DNA of 62,972 nt, filler included, from Kipferlia bialata (GCA_003568945.1; 3 parts of 3 records of this genome joined end to end with filler, not necessarily neighbours in it), one strand, 5' to 3'. Shown: positions 25,860-39,129, counted from the first letter of the whole stretch. Program-made: numbers and translations. The notes: generated by a model from the sequence alone, not told the origin.

Positions 25860-27344
25860 CTATTCCTTCTTCACCTCCCCGTGTATGTCAGCACTCCAAG
25901 TGCCACATGACACCTTCATCTCTCCCTCCCCCTCTCTCATACACTCCATGTGTCTCTCCACCACCTGTCTGAGTGCCCTGTCCTGTTTGACCCACTTATA
26001 TAGCTTGGTGTGTGGCTTGACATCCATGTCTACCAGGTGGATGCCCAGGGGGGTATGGGTCAGGGGGTCATAGTACACAAGGATGGAAGAGTCTGGGGGG
26101 TGAGGGATAGATGCGGTCAATACACCCGTATACTGAGTTGTCAAAGAGAGGGTATGTATGTACTATATATACACCCATGCCCACCCACCCATGATTGTCC
26201 TGCTGACCCAGTACCGCAGTATGTCATGTCTAGTCAGAGGACAGGTAGGGTCACTGGAGACGGTACCATCCGGACACCTGAGGGGTTGCACCCCTTCCAA
26301 CTCAGACACAGTGGGGTACCAGGAGGGAATATCAGAAGAGGTAGATGCATCATCACCTTGGGTCTGAGTAGCTATCAGAGCAGCCCCACCCAGCCAGCCT
26401 CCCCCTCTCTCTCCCCCTCCCTCCCTCCACCTCAGCCACCTGTACATCTTAGGGAGTATCTGTGTATCAATCAGTGCCTGGCAGAGGATGGTCTCTATAC
26501 CCTTACTGTCCAGAGATGGAGAAGAGGGAGAGGGAGAGGGTGAAGCAGTCCCCAATGGCCCCTCTCTGCTAGATACAGACCTAGGCCCCTCTCTGACACA
26601 TATGTTGTTGGAGGGGTCTGAGACCAGGGCATGGATCTGGGTATGTACGGCATCAAGGGCAGAGGGAGGAGGTGAGGAGAGGGAGGCAGCAGCACACGCC
26701 TCCATCAGTGATATGGGACAGTATGCACCCTGGTGGGAGGCCTTGCCCTGGGGTTAGAGGGAAATATAGGCAGAGAGATTAGTAAATAGTGCGCATTAGC
26801 ATCTGGGCACAAAGTATATGTATGTGTATATATACGTAGTGGAGTAGCCTAGAGTACACTGTACCTTATCTGCCTTGAGCGTCTGGTTGGGATGGAACCT
26901 GCAGAGGGGGAGGGGGAGGGAGGGGCCGGGGTGGGAGAGGGAGAGCTTGGGCTTGAACTCTATGAAGGGCACGGCAGAGAGGGGGTGGAAGGGGTAGAAG
27001 AGACAGGGGGTGGAGGGAGATGGAGCACCCTCACAATATGGGAGAGTGCCATCACACACACTGGGTACATATGCACCCAGACCACCCTCATCATGCATCA
27101 GTGCAGAGACTAGGGCAAGGGTGCGGCTGGTGGTGCAACGGCTGTCAGAGACTGGGCCTGTGTACACCTTGTACAGTCCCTCTCTCTCCCTCTCTAGAGT
27201 CTCTCTCTCTCTCTCTCTCTCACCGCCACCTGCTATAGTGACCCGTTCATCAGCGTCATCATCACCCACACTCCCCTCCCTCCAACACAGGACAGAGCAT
27301 GTCCCACCCGAGGAGAAGGCCGAGAACGGAATGGTGAGGATCAA
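25860..27344 (-). CDS. IPK1: Inositol-pentakisphosphate 2-kinase (IPK1/IPPK family), few exons; start codon uncertain
   Basis: IPK1 motifs occur in order after splicing: FIEFKPK, LCRFH, AYCPISL, LVSDPSNNICV, RYWVSRTIM|DSSILV (cf. T-x-x-DCS), and IHLVDMDVKPHTKLYKWVKQD (cf. DLDxKP...D). Stop at 25860. No in-frame ATG near 27344, so a small upstream exon is likely. Confidence 0.78.
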
Positions 27345-27550
27345 TGAAAGAGGGGAGTGCTTGTCTAGCTTCGGACCTTGTTTATGTTGTTTTTGCCATA
27401 CTCTATTCCATACTCATTCACTCAGTTTCCTCCCCTGTCCAATGATGAAGACTACCTCTCTGGGTAGGTCTTACGAGTATCTATACTTTTACAGTGGACG
27501 CTATTCACCTCAGGTGGGGTCCAGAGGGCAGTTTGGTCTCTCTTCTCATC

Positions 27551-30500
27551 TCACACAAGTCTTCCACGTGAGGGGGGGGGGGGGGGGGGGGGGGGGTACT
27601 CGAGGTACGTGGTCGAATACTGACGTCTACATACATCGACTTGTACCTGCAGAGCGAGCATTGCGGCAGGGGGTGCGTCCTGGACGGCAGGTGCCTGTGA
27701 CTGCGTGTACTCGTCCTCCGATGCCTCATGGTCTGAGGATACATGGTACTCATGCCCCTCTGACCCCTCCTGGTCTGAGTCCACATCCGACAAGGACCCG
27801 GTCTCTCTGTCACACATACCCCCATGGGTGGGGTCAGAGGGGTCAGGCACCTGGGACCCTGATGCATTGTTATGCATAGACTCTACAGTGTGCAGACGCT
27901 GGGCAAGGCCAGCAGCCTGAGGGTCAGCCATGATTCAACTAAATATATATCAATAGTACATATATATACGCTCTATACTATTACACCCCCCCCCACCTGT
28001 GTGATGAGCCTCTGGAACAGGGCCTCTGCCTCCCTCGCCTTGGTCAGGTTCCTAGATGCCAGCTCTGTCATGTATAGAGTGGTGGTCACCAGACGGTCCA
28101 GGGTGGGTATCCGCTCCTCCTCCTCCTCCTCCTCTGCCTCTACCATATCCTCTGCCTCAGCCTCAGCCTCTGCGTCTACCTCTCCCTCTTCCTTATCAGC
28201 ACTATCACCACTGGTAGTCGTGGCAGCTACTGCATCCTCAGTAACTGGTGACACAGGTGCATCACCAGCCTCATCGCTCTCTCCACTCTCCTTCTCTCCC
28301 TCTCCCTCTTCCTCCTCCTCCTCCTTCTCCTCTACTGCTGCATCCTCTCTCTGCTCTCCAGCCCTCTCTCTCTCCTCGTCTCTCTCCACATCTCCATAGA
28401 ACCTACCGCCTAGCAGCTCTGTGCCCATTGGCAGGGCCACGTACACAGGGTTGGGGCTTCTCTTCAGCACCCTCTCAAACACATAGGCAGCCAGGTTCCT
28501 GATCGACCTGTCTGGGTCATGCCTCACCAGGTGGGCAGCAAGGGCCAGGTGGCCAGAGGGCTGGGGTGAGAGAGTGACAAATCATCGGTGCATTGACTAA
28601 ACTTATCGGCACACACCCACCTTGATGAGCTGCCCCAGGATGAGGTTGGCCACCACGATCAGGGCCGTGTACCGCAGAGAGGGGTCGGGGTCTGTCAGGG
28701 GGGTGAACAGGGCGTCGATGGCATACTCAGCTGCAAAGGCACGGGGGTCACGCATGCCACTGCCTAGGGTCATTGGGGGGGTGGGCAGATGTAGGGATCA
28801 GCCATTACACACCTTACGGCCATGCAAAGGATGAAGAGAGACATGGACCAGACATCCAAGAGAGATAATCCTCCCATCTGAGACGCGTATTATCCATAGC
28901 CAGAGTGGCAGACTGACATCGATACTCACTAAACGCTACCAATAAGCCTCACCTAGGACTCCCACCAGGGCTGACCGTCTGACCGAGGGGGGTAGACTGC
29001 GCTGTGCGGCAAGGGAGAAGAGAACGGGAAGGGCCTGTGTCAGATACAAGATAAAGTAGTGTGAAGTATCCACCGATCATATCCGTGTACACAACCCACC
29101 CCCCCACCCACCTGCTGCATGAAGTCTGGACTGAGGCAGGACAGCCTCCCAAGGGCTGTGGTCAGCAAGGCAAACTCTGGGGCAGCCTGCCTTAGAGCCC
29201 TGTCTGCCTTGGGGGATGCTGCCCACCTCTGTCTGAGGGCCACACACCCCTTGAGACACAGCACGGCCCCAGTGCGCTGGGGCTCATCGAGAAGCACAGA
29301 GCGGCGCCTCTCCTGTCACGTTAGAGTGTGTATATATCCACTCATATCGACAATCATACTTGCCCCATACCTGCAGCTCTGCCCGTGTGTCTGCGTGTCC
29401 GCTGACCCCAGCCACCATTGCCTCCAGGGAGTCACTCGACACACCCCCTCCGGCTGAGGCCTCCGTCTGCTTCATCAACAGCCTCAGGGCCTTATCCAGC
29501 TGGTCGGTCTCCCCACAGGCCGTGAGGCCCCCGAGCCATGACAGTCTGAGGACACCCCCCACCGTCAGGCCGGACTCACCCGCAGAGGGGGAGGGCAGGA
29601 TGCGCTGTGCCATCTGGATGAGTGCATGGTGCAGGGCAGCCTGGCCCTCGGGGAATGACAGCAGCAGGGAGGCAGCACAGTCAGTCAGTCTGCACCATAT
29701 GACACAGGGCCCCACGTGCAGTATGAGCCTAGATAGGGGGGCGACAAACTCAGGGAAGGCTGTGGCTGTTGTACACTCCTCCTTGGCCCTCCTGGCCTCT
29801 GACATCTGGGCCAGTGCCTGTCTCTCTATGGATGCACATGCCATGCACACCCTGATGGCACCCTGCAGCATGGTGGACCCAGCCAGGGACTGCAGCACAG
29901 AGGGGCCACACTTCAACACATACTGGGTGGGTGAGGAGACAGGGATGGTATTGGCAAGTATACATGTATGCTGTGAGTGATTGGATCCATGACATTGCGA
30001 AAGTAGCACCCGTTGTACACAATACCTGTGATGATGGCTCAAACAGAGCCTGAAGGAGCATCCTCACCGTAGACAGGTCTAGCGGGATGGTGCTGGTGTG
30101 AGACTGGATGGTGGGGGAGAAAGAATACACGAGGTCACAGGAACACTATTACAGTAAGCACGACCCCCACCTGAACTGGGTGTCCAGGGCCTCAGCCACT
30201 AGTACCCCCAGGTGCATGGCACAGAGACGGGTGGGGGCGGCAGGGGAGGACAGAGCCTTGTTGACACACACTGCAGTCTGGAGGGGGTCCAGCACAGGGT
30301 CCTTGCCCTGGGGGTGAGAGGGGGAATAGATAGAGGTTTGTATATGCCTTACCTGCATTGATATGGAGAGTGCCCCGTCCACGGCTGTCAGCATCTCAGG
30401 TGCACACCTCTCCAGCATATCAAGTACACCACTGATGTCCACACCACCCTCACTCTCCCCCTCGCCCTCGCCCTCTGGCTGCTGGGGAAGGAGCAGGCTC

Positions 30501-32476
30501 AGGAACACCGACCTTATCCTAGCCCTTAGTGTGTCTGCCCCGTCTGCCGATGCTAGGTTGAGGGAGAGGTCGGAGTCTAGCAGGCCACACAGCGCAAAGA
30601 TGACCTGGCCATAGCCCTCCACCTGGGGTGGGCAAGGAAGTGGTGCAGATAGAGTGGGCATATACACTAATATATGTAGAACGACACATGCTGCATCAGA
30701 TGCCGCACCTTGCACTTGTGTGCCACTTCTAGATAGGCCAGGGCCCCCAGGATGTCATTGGACTTGGGGGAGTGCAGCAGCTGCAGGGCATGGTTGAGCA
30801 CAGACCCAAACACAACAGCGGCATTAATCACCTGAAGTTGGGGAAGATGCACAAACTGTACCAGCTGTGTATACTCATATCCATATATAGGCACTGCCCC
30901 CACCTCCATCATCGTGTCCCTCTTGGCAGGGTCTGTCTCCTTGTCCAGCCACGTCTTGAGGTGGTACATGTTCATGGGGACTAGAGAGTACCGGCTGGTG
31001 GCCAGCATGCTGGCTATGCCTACTAGGGCCTGGGGTCAGAGAGGGGGGGGGGACCCAGTCAATCACATCACATTCCATATATATGTTGAAACTGTACACT
31101 GGCTCCCACCTGCTTTCTGACGTACACTGCCTTGTCTGTGACCCTGGGTGCCAGTTGGACCAGGAGGGGCTGGAACAGGTGGTCTGGGGTTGGCAATGAC
31201 GATGGTAGAAGAAGGTCACAGATCAAGCAGATGTATGTGTATGTAATATGTCTGAATGATGGTCTTATACACCAACTAGCCACTCCCCCTCCACACCTGG
31301 GAGTGTGGGCACCACCTGGGCCAGGGCAGAGCACGCTGCCCCCCTCACATAGAGGTCACTGTCGACCAGCCTCTGGGACGCCCCAGCCACGAGGTCCCTC
31401 ACCACCACCTGGGCCCTCTGCTTCTCAGCCTCACTGGACCCCTTGGGGGCATGGTCCAACCACTGCGCCACAGTGCCTGCCCCGGTGCAGCACACACGCA
31501 CCCCACACGACCTGGCAGGTGAGGTGGAAGCTAAGGTGATAGTAAACATGTGTTTGTATATATGCATAATCATACATGTATATATATATATATATATATA
31601 CATAATCATACCTGAGCTTTGCGGCTGAGTGCTGTGCAATGTCTGCCAGCTCTGACGACACGTGCCATGCGATGTAGGGGGCCTTGGTCACCAGTCTCTC
31701 GAGGGTGTCAGATACATTGGCAGGGGTGCCTGTGGACCTGGCGTCCACACTCCGGTACACGTCGCACAGGAGCCTGGGTGGTTAGAAGGGGGGATATGGA
31801 GGGTAGGTAATATCAATTAGTATATTAGGATAAGACACACACTGGCCCCACCTGGCCACCAGGGGTGCTGCAGTGCGTGCCTGCTCCCTGGGGTCTGTGT
31901 CTCTGTGGCCTGTATCACCATCAGATACTGATACTGACCCAGTCAGACAGCACTCGGCCAGACAGTCTGCCACCACTAGCCTCATGGACTGGCAGTGAGG
32001 GAAGGGGGGGGGGGGAGCTAGCATAATGAGTCTATACTTAGTACCTTTATCTGACAGAGACGGAACATCTCCCCTGCCAGGGGTATGTGGCAGGAGGGCA
32101 CTGCCCTCAGTAGAGAGAGCAGGGAGGGGGCGTGGAGGGCAGCGCAGAGAGCCGGTGCCACGAGTGCCCCCAGCCTATCTGCGTCTGCCTTGGCACATCT
32201 GGCTGGGTCTGCGAGGTGTGCTGTGGCCAGGGCCAGGGTGGTGCACACAGCGTCTGAGGCCATGCCCTCCCCATCACTACCCTCGTCCTCAGACAGAGGG
32301 TGGGCAGCCAGCAGAGACACGACCCTGGGGGTGAGAGAGGAGTACACAGTAGTATACCAGACATATATGCATAGACTATCCAAATAGGATAAGTGCACCT
32401 GAGCACCAGTTCTGGCTCCATGTCTCTGAGCTTGGCCTGAGAACTGATGCAGGACGAGACGGAGTGAAGCACAGCC
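27551..32476 (-). CDS. NCAPD2: Condensin HEAT subunit CAP-D2/Ycs4/Cnd1 homologue (lacks its normal N-terminal part in this assembly)
   Basis: RLVDSDLYVRGAACSAL; PRVTDKAVYVRKQALVGIASML; AAVVFGSVLNHALQLLHSPKSNDILGALAYL. The Cnd1 C-terminal domain TALGRLSCLSPDFMQQALPVLF...VRRSALVGV...LTDPDPSLRYTALIVVANLILGQLIKPSGHLALAAHLVRHDPDRSIRNLAAYVF...NPVYVALP is colinear with CAP-D2 as I recall it. An acidic low-complexity tail follows. The exact 3' end (about 27505-27551) is uncertain. Confidence 0.8.
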
Positions 32477-32500
32477 CTAGAGGGTGAGGGGGAAGAGATA

Positions 32501-32540
<40 letters not shown>

Positions 32541-32564
32541 GGGGGGGGGCGGGCGGGGCGGGGG

Positions 32565-32599
<35 letters not shown>

Positions 32600-32635
32600 T
32601 TCGTCACTACACTCCTGCATATACACCCTGTGTAC

Positions 32636-34253
32636 CTGTGGAACCACATGGACACGTATGTCATGATGGACCTGTCGTCTGGGGCAGTGACCACATCCTC
32701 AGCATCGATCAGGACAGGGATCTCAAGGGCCTCCTCGGCAACCTGGGGTCAGGGGGAAGGAGAATACAGCTATGATAGGACGTGTGTGAGTGTACTGTAC
32801 CTTGAATGCCCTGTTGAGTCTGGCGATGGACTGCTCCACATTGTCAACACCTGGGGTCAGGGGAGGCATGTGTGTGGGGATGGTCACAATGACACAGACA
32901 CTGCCACCTACACACATGTTGTGCCTGTACCTGAGGAGACCTCCTCGGCCACCTGGGCCCTGACCTCCTGGTAGTCGGGGACAAGGGTGGGGTTGTACCT
33001 GGGGTGGGGATGGATGGATACGGTAGGTGCATCATTACAACATGCACACATGAATATATGGTTGTATATCATACACACATACTTGTGGAGGAGGGCCAGG
33101 AAGGCGAGGCCGTTGCGCCAGGAGGAGGTGAAGTTCGTGATCTCAACGCTGGGTGCGTATGCGGCTGTCATCCTCTTGCACCAGAGGAGGAGGCCCTCCT
33201 TGGCAGTCATCTCCTGGGGGGGTCAGTATCGGCATCAGCAAACAGGGCGCAGGGCATGGGACATGGGTGCATAGCAACAAACATAATACTAGATACTGAT
33301 ACTACAAGTGGCCACATCCTGTGTCACAGGGCTGGTATATATCGGAATCAGCCACACCCACCTCAACTGTGATTCCCTCGATCTGCACCCTAAGGATGAG
33401 CATCCACACCATTCCCAGGATCATCTGGAGGTGAGACACGGCTTATATAGCAAGTTCGGACTCGGGAGGCTTAATATAAGTGCATCAGTCCATCAGCGCA
33501 CCTTGCGGTTGTGGGAGATGATCATCTCGTTGGTGATACCGGTCTGGGGCACACCGGCCTCGGCCATGAGCCTGGGAGTCAGGGTCACTCTCAGAAGAGG
33601 GGGAGAGGGGGAAGAAGGTGGGCAATGGGTATCCATGTCGTAATGTGAAGGTTCACTCAAATGGAATGTACAGCAACATGAAATGTCAGTCTCATATATC
33701 TACACTCACACACACACATATATATAAGTGCAAGTACCTGAGGGCGGCATCGATGTTCTCGAGCTTGTGGAACTTGAGCCTGGGGTTGGAGTGCATGGGC
33801 ACCTCCTTCTGGGGGTGAGGGGCAGGAGGGACATTGGCAATGGCAGTCAATATGGAACACAAATACACATATATATAGTTAAGAATGAACCATCTTCGCA
33901 TAATAGTTCTCCACTGACTCTGCTCACACGTCAGAAGCGCAGTTATAATCAAAGGTCACACAACACAGGCGATGAATGCCTGAGTGAAAGAGGAAGGAAA
34001 CAACCGTCACCCCACCTGGAAGAGCACCTCACAGAGCTTGACCAGCTTGATGCCGTCCTCGAAGTCGGTGGCGATGTCCTCGATGGACATCTGGGTCTTG
34101 ACTGGGGGTGGGGGGGAGGGAGGAGGGGGAAGAATGGATCAATGGGGTGGAGAGGAGGAGAAGACGCGTACCGAGCTGGGCATTGACCCACTTGGTGAAG
34201 GTCTTGATCTGGGGCTTCTCCCAATCGGCGACAGTGTGAAGGTGGCTGGACAT
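32636..34253 (-). CDS. Tandem calponin-homology (CH1-CH2) actin-binding domain, alpha-actinin/spectrin type; splices in frame into the CAP-D2 exons as assembled
   Basis: [165 protein letters not shown]. Confidence 0.92.
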
Positions 34254-34416
34254 TTGGGTAAGTTTGCTGGTTGGAGAATGGGGGCTCTGTCACGCCGGAG
34301 AGGATAAACCCTTGATCAGTTTCTACACGTCTCACTTTAAACGTCTCACTTCCATCACTGACTCAAAGAGTGGTCGTCTTCACCACATCCGGAACACTGT
34401 AGACTGCACCCAGGCA
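34254..34416. promoter_or_regulatory. Probable short bidirectional promoter region
   Basis: Only 163 bp separate the divergent ATGs of the CH-domain gene (34253, minus) and the M18 aminopeptidase (34417, plus). No specific element was identified. Confidence 0.45.
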
Positions 34417-37400
34417 ATGACCACGCCATCTGACCTGCTGACAGACAAGGTATGCCTATAGGAGGTGTATGGAGGTATATATTCGGTCTCTGTTGACTCT
34501 GGTGGCATACTGATGTGATATACAAAGATGATACCCATTGCCAGAATGACTGGCCCTGGCTGGGGTATGACGAGGCCAAGCAGGCAGAGATCCACGCCTT
34601 CGGTGATGGGTACCAGCAGTGGCTCCAGACCGCCAGGTATCAAAACCAGTATTGGTGTACTCCAGTGTTTCTGATACCGATACCGGTACCGAATATATAT
34701 TCGTACCACACATTGTTTCTGTTCATTGAGTTTCATTCTGTCATTTGTTTCCCCATGTGTGAGACCGGGTATCAGCTACTTCAAAGTAGATATGGTAACA
34801 GAGCGAGTGACAGAATCAGTGTAACAATCATCCTTTCTTGACAGTCTACTGTCATGCACTCTATATCTGACTCAGATACCCTTTAGGGGTGGCAGTGTAT
34901 GGTCTTGTGCATTCCATAAGTGTGTACATACCTCTCTCTCTTGTGTACATCCCCCCCCCCCCCTACCCTTCAGGTACCCCAGGGAGAGGGTGACCAGGGT
35001 GGTGTCCCTCCTAGAGGACAAGGGGTTCAAGAGGGTGGAGCTGGGGGGGGAGGCAGCCCTCAACGTGGGAGACGCATTCTACTACGTCAACAGGTATGTA
35101 TATCCATATATATATGACTAATAATGTGTTCATATTGCATCAGTACTGGTACCACCCAGGCTCATCATAGGTCCCTTCCCATAGTATTCTCTACTGTGTT
35201 TTGCTTTGTGTCCCGACTGTTTCTTGTATCACCCCCAGGAACGTGTGCCTTGCTGCCGGTATTGTCGGGTCTAGCTCCCCCAAGGTAACCCCACTGTATT
35301 TGTAGTATATATTCATACTGGATATGACCGGACCAATGTCCAATCCCCCCCCCCCCCAACACGCAGGACACTGGCATGCGTGTGGTTGGGTCCCATGTGG
35401 ACATCCCCCTGCTGGACCTCAAGCTGAGGCCTGTGCACGAGGAGGCAGACTGTGGCCTGGTCATGATGAAGACACACTACTACGGGGGGATCAAGAAGTA
35501 CCAGGTAAGAGTCTATGTATGGGTATATGGGGGAGAGATGGGAGACGTGTGTACAGCGGGCCATTGGTGTGTCTCTCACACATTGTATTTACCCAATAGT
35601 TTTACTATACTCCATGTATCCTGACACCAGTGGGCCTCCATCCCCCTGCACCTGGTGGGAGTGGTGACACAGAGGGACGGGACCATCACAGAGGTCGACA
35701 TAGGTGGGAGGGTGTGTGTATATGGAGAGAGTTGACATGTACTTCAGTCTCAGTACATAGGTCACACCACAACTCCCAGGGTCTCAAGCCCCTCTCATGT
35801 CAGGCTCTGACCCCTCTGACCCTGTGTTTGTGATACCCGACCTGCTGCCCCACCTGTGGAGTGAGGCACAGTCAAAGAGAACAGCAGCGGTACGGGCATA
35901 TATGTCTATATCGGGTTAGAGGTGGACTAGGATGTCTTGATACCATTGTGTAAGAGACCCTGGATGGCACTCTCTCTCTCTCTCTCTCCCTGACTGGTAG
36001 GAGGTGTTCAAGGGCGAGGAGCTCCGGGCAATCATGGGATCCACTCCTGGTACCAAGACTGACGCGAAGGAGGGAGAGAAGGAGGGGGAGAAGGCCAAGC
36101 CTGAGTTCAAGAAGCACATCATGGAGGTGAGTATATCACTTAGGGTGGAGTCCATACTCGGGCGTGTGTATACAAAGCCTTATGCCCTCTGACCCAGCTG
36201 CTGCACTCCAGATACGGCATCACAGAGGGAGACCTGCAGTTCGCAGACCTCCACTTCGTAGCAGGTGTGGTACTAGTTCTCCATTATGTATTCGTATGGA
36301 TACATTGTTTATTAGAGTCTATTTGATGAGTCCACATCAACCTCTCTGGATACATAGTGTGTATAAGCGGCTGACCCCAGGCCTTGCCCCTAGAAGGGTG
36401 GGTCTGGATAGAGGCCTCATCGGTGCCCCAGGCCATGATGATGGGGTGTGCGCATACACCAGCATCGACGCCCTACTCAAGGTAGGGACATGTAGTGTTG
36501 GTACTCTGCTCATTTGGGTAGATCTACAGTAGAAACACCCCATTCACATGAATTATACCACGGTTCCACTGCCTCCCGTCCCACCCCCAGGTCAAGGCCC
36601 AGGGCTCAGCCCCCAGTCAGACTGCTGTGTGCATACTCTTCGACAAGGTGGGTGGGGAAGTGACTTGATTGGATGGGTGGCCATGGATGCCAGCTGCTAG
36701 TAGTATATAGATGTTATTATCTCTCTGCTCCCCTCTCCCCCCAGGAGGAGACAGGCAGTGACGGCCCCACAGGCGCCAAGTCCCAGTTCGTCAGGTATCG
36801 GCCAGGGTGTACACCTCTTGCACCCTCTCCTCACACCCATTCTCTCTCCCACCCTCAGGTTCATGCTGGAGGATGTGATGGCCCGGTCGACATTCGGCGT
36901 GGAGGGCAGAGGTGGGCACTGACTCACTCATTCCCTACTAACTAATCCAGCGTGGTGTAGTGTAATGTAGTGAAGTTGAACCCCATCCCACCCCAGGAGT
37001 GTATGCTGCCTTCGACAAGACCTTTGTCCTGAGTGCAGACGTCAGCGCCGCAGTCAACCCCCTCTTCTCCAGGTGCCATCTAGGAATTGTATGTAAACAT
37101 TGTCATGCACTCTAGCATACGTCACCCCACCTATCTATCCCCTATCCCTGCCCACCCCAGTGTGCACGATGCCCAGAATGCCTCAGTGGTGGGCAAGGGC
37201 GTGTCTGTGTCCAGGTTCACAGGGGCCAGGGGCAAGGCAGGCACAAACAGGTGGGGGGTGGTCGTGTCGACAAAGGAATTCGTAATTTCGATAAAGCCTA
37301 CCCCAATATTGTACTGTTCCCCCAGTTCTCTGACCCCCAGTGCCTGTATTGAGGCCATGTGCCAGTTCCGGCAGATAGCTGGGGACATCCCGGTCCAGAT

Positions 37401-37725
37401 ATGCGAGCTCGGCAAGGTGTCCCAGTCCCAGTCTATATATATCTCCTATCCCCCTTGTATGTCTCATGTTCATTGGTGCCCAACCTCAGGTTGATGCCGG
37501 TGGTGGTGGCACCATAGCCAAGTTTGTGGCCAACTCCCTCAACTGTGACGTGTTGGACGTAGGTACAACAGCCTCAGTCATCAGACACTAACATTGTCTT
37601 CCAACACACTCTCTCTCACTCACCCAGGTGTACCCGTTCTGTCCATGCACTCTCCCTTCGAGCTGGTCCATGTGGCCGATGTGTACAACGCCAGAGAGCT
37701 CTATCTGTCCTTCTACCGCTCCTAG
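34417..37725 (+). CDS. M18 family aminopeptidase, bacterial ApeA/aminopeptidase-1-like (about 18 exons)
   Basis: Metal-ligand motifs VVGSHVDIPLLDLK, GHDDGVC, FDKEETGSDG, LSADVSAAVNP and GVPVLSMHSPFE. Subfamily signatures THYYGGIKKYQW, PDLLPHL, FTGARGKAGTN and ELGKVDAGGGGTIAKF. ATG 34417, TAG 37723-37725. Confidence 0.92.
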
Positions 37726-38009
37726 ACATTGAGTATTGATTGGTGCCTTGTGTCATCCACCCAACTAAAGGGACAGTCGAGTGTTCGTTTGCTTGTTTCC
37801 ACACAGTACCTGCTGTTTATTATGTTTGAGTCTGAAAACAGTATGGGATGTTAAACCTAATGTGAGTCACATAGGCCTGTGTGACACAGTGTGTCACAGG
37901 CTGTGTGACAATCAATGATGACAAGTCGAATCAAAAAAGGGGTTGGATCCAATGGCATTGGGATAGTCGCCGAAATGTCTTCAATCGTTCTCTTCTTTGA
38001 CCAAACAAC

Positions 38010-39021
38010 ATGGAGCCCGTAAACGTTGAGCAGGCAAGTGTACACCGATGTGCCAACATGATGAGCATTGTTATGTGTCACGCCTCCTTTTGCTTGGTTT
38101 CTGTCTCCACATTTATGGGATTGGGTGAGCATTGGATTGTTGACATGTTCTTTGGCCTGTTTCTCACCCACAGACCATCCTTGAGAGCGTGCCAGCTGAG
38201 ATGCTGTCCGCCGTGCAGGGCCGTCTTTTCGGAGCTGCTATCCCCGTGGTCGCCCTCTCTGAGGAGGTTGCCGCTCACGCCGAGGCAATCTCTGTGGAGC
38301 TCAAGTCCTACGACATGACCTCCCTTGCCCAGAAGGAGGTGGGTCATTCTACTATCCATTGTTTTCTCTTGTTTCTCCAGATGTCTGAATTTCTGGGTAC
38401 CCTGCACATAGTCATCACTCACCCAGCCCTTCCGTGAGGCCCGTACCGTCAAGATCGCCGCCATCCAGAACGCCACTGCCGCCGCCACTGACCTCCCCAT
38501 CGATGAGCAGTACAACAAGAACGTGGCCAGGCTCGTTGAGCTCTACCACGCCTCTATCAAGGCTGGTGGTGAGGTCATCTGCTTCCAGGAGGCCTGCACT
38601 GCCCCATTCTTCTTCTGCCTCAGGTTGGTATTGTGCCCCCCACCCCCCCGCACCACCCCCACCTTGTATCAGTCTAATTTGTTGCTCACTGTAGGGAGAA
38701 GCTTCCCTGGACCTACCTCGCCGAGAACGCCGAGACTGGTGCCACTGTCAGGACCTTCAAGGTATGCCAAGGAATTACCAACATATTGAATCGTTTGGCT
38801 AGGGGGTGCATCATCACTCATGCTAGGAGCTGACCTCCCGCGACGGATCTGTTGTGGTTCTCCCCATCCTGGAGCGCGACCCCCGTGCCGACCGCATCTG
38901 GAACACTGCCGTGGTCATTGACTCCGGTAGGTGCGTGGGAAAGGCCCGCAAGGCCCACATCCCCGCCGTTGGTGACTTCAACGAGAGGAACTACTACTCT
39001 GAGGACGTCAACCAGCCCCTG
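38010..39021 (+). CDS. UPB1: Beta-ureidopropionase (beta-alanine synthase, nitrilase family), 5' part only
   Basis: [55 protein letters not shown]...[33 protein letters not shown]. Catalytic Glu and Lys are present. The exon with the catalytic Cys (cf. NICYGRHHP) is absent downstream. Confidence 0.88.
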
Positions 39022-39067
39022 GTGAGTAGACATGAGTATATACTCATCTTTCAGTGTTCTACCCTCA

Positions 39068-39112
<45 letters not shown>

Positions 39113-39129
39113 TCTCCCCCTCACCCCAG

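Noticed and set aside
27551..27931. Independent 126-aa gene starting MADPQ
   Set aside because: Its start overlaps a typical CTGACCCTCAG acceptor and is in phase with the preceding CAP-D2 exon, so it is better read as a terminal exon.
32503..32598. Functional G-quadruplex or polyproline coding segment
   Set aside because: It lies in an intron at the usual C-rich acceptor position, and such homopolymers are unreliable in assemblies.
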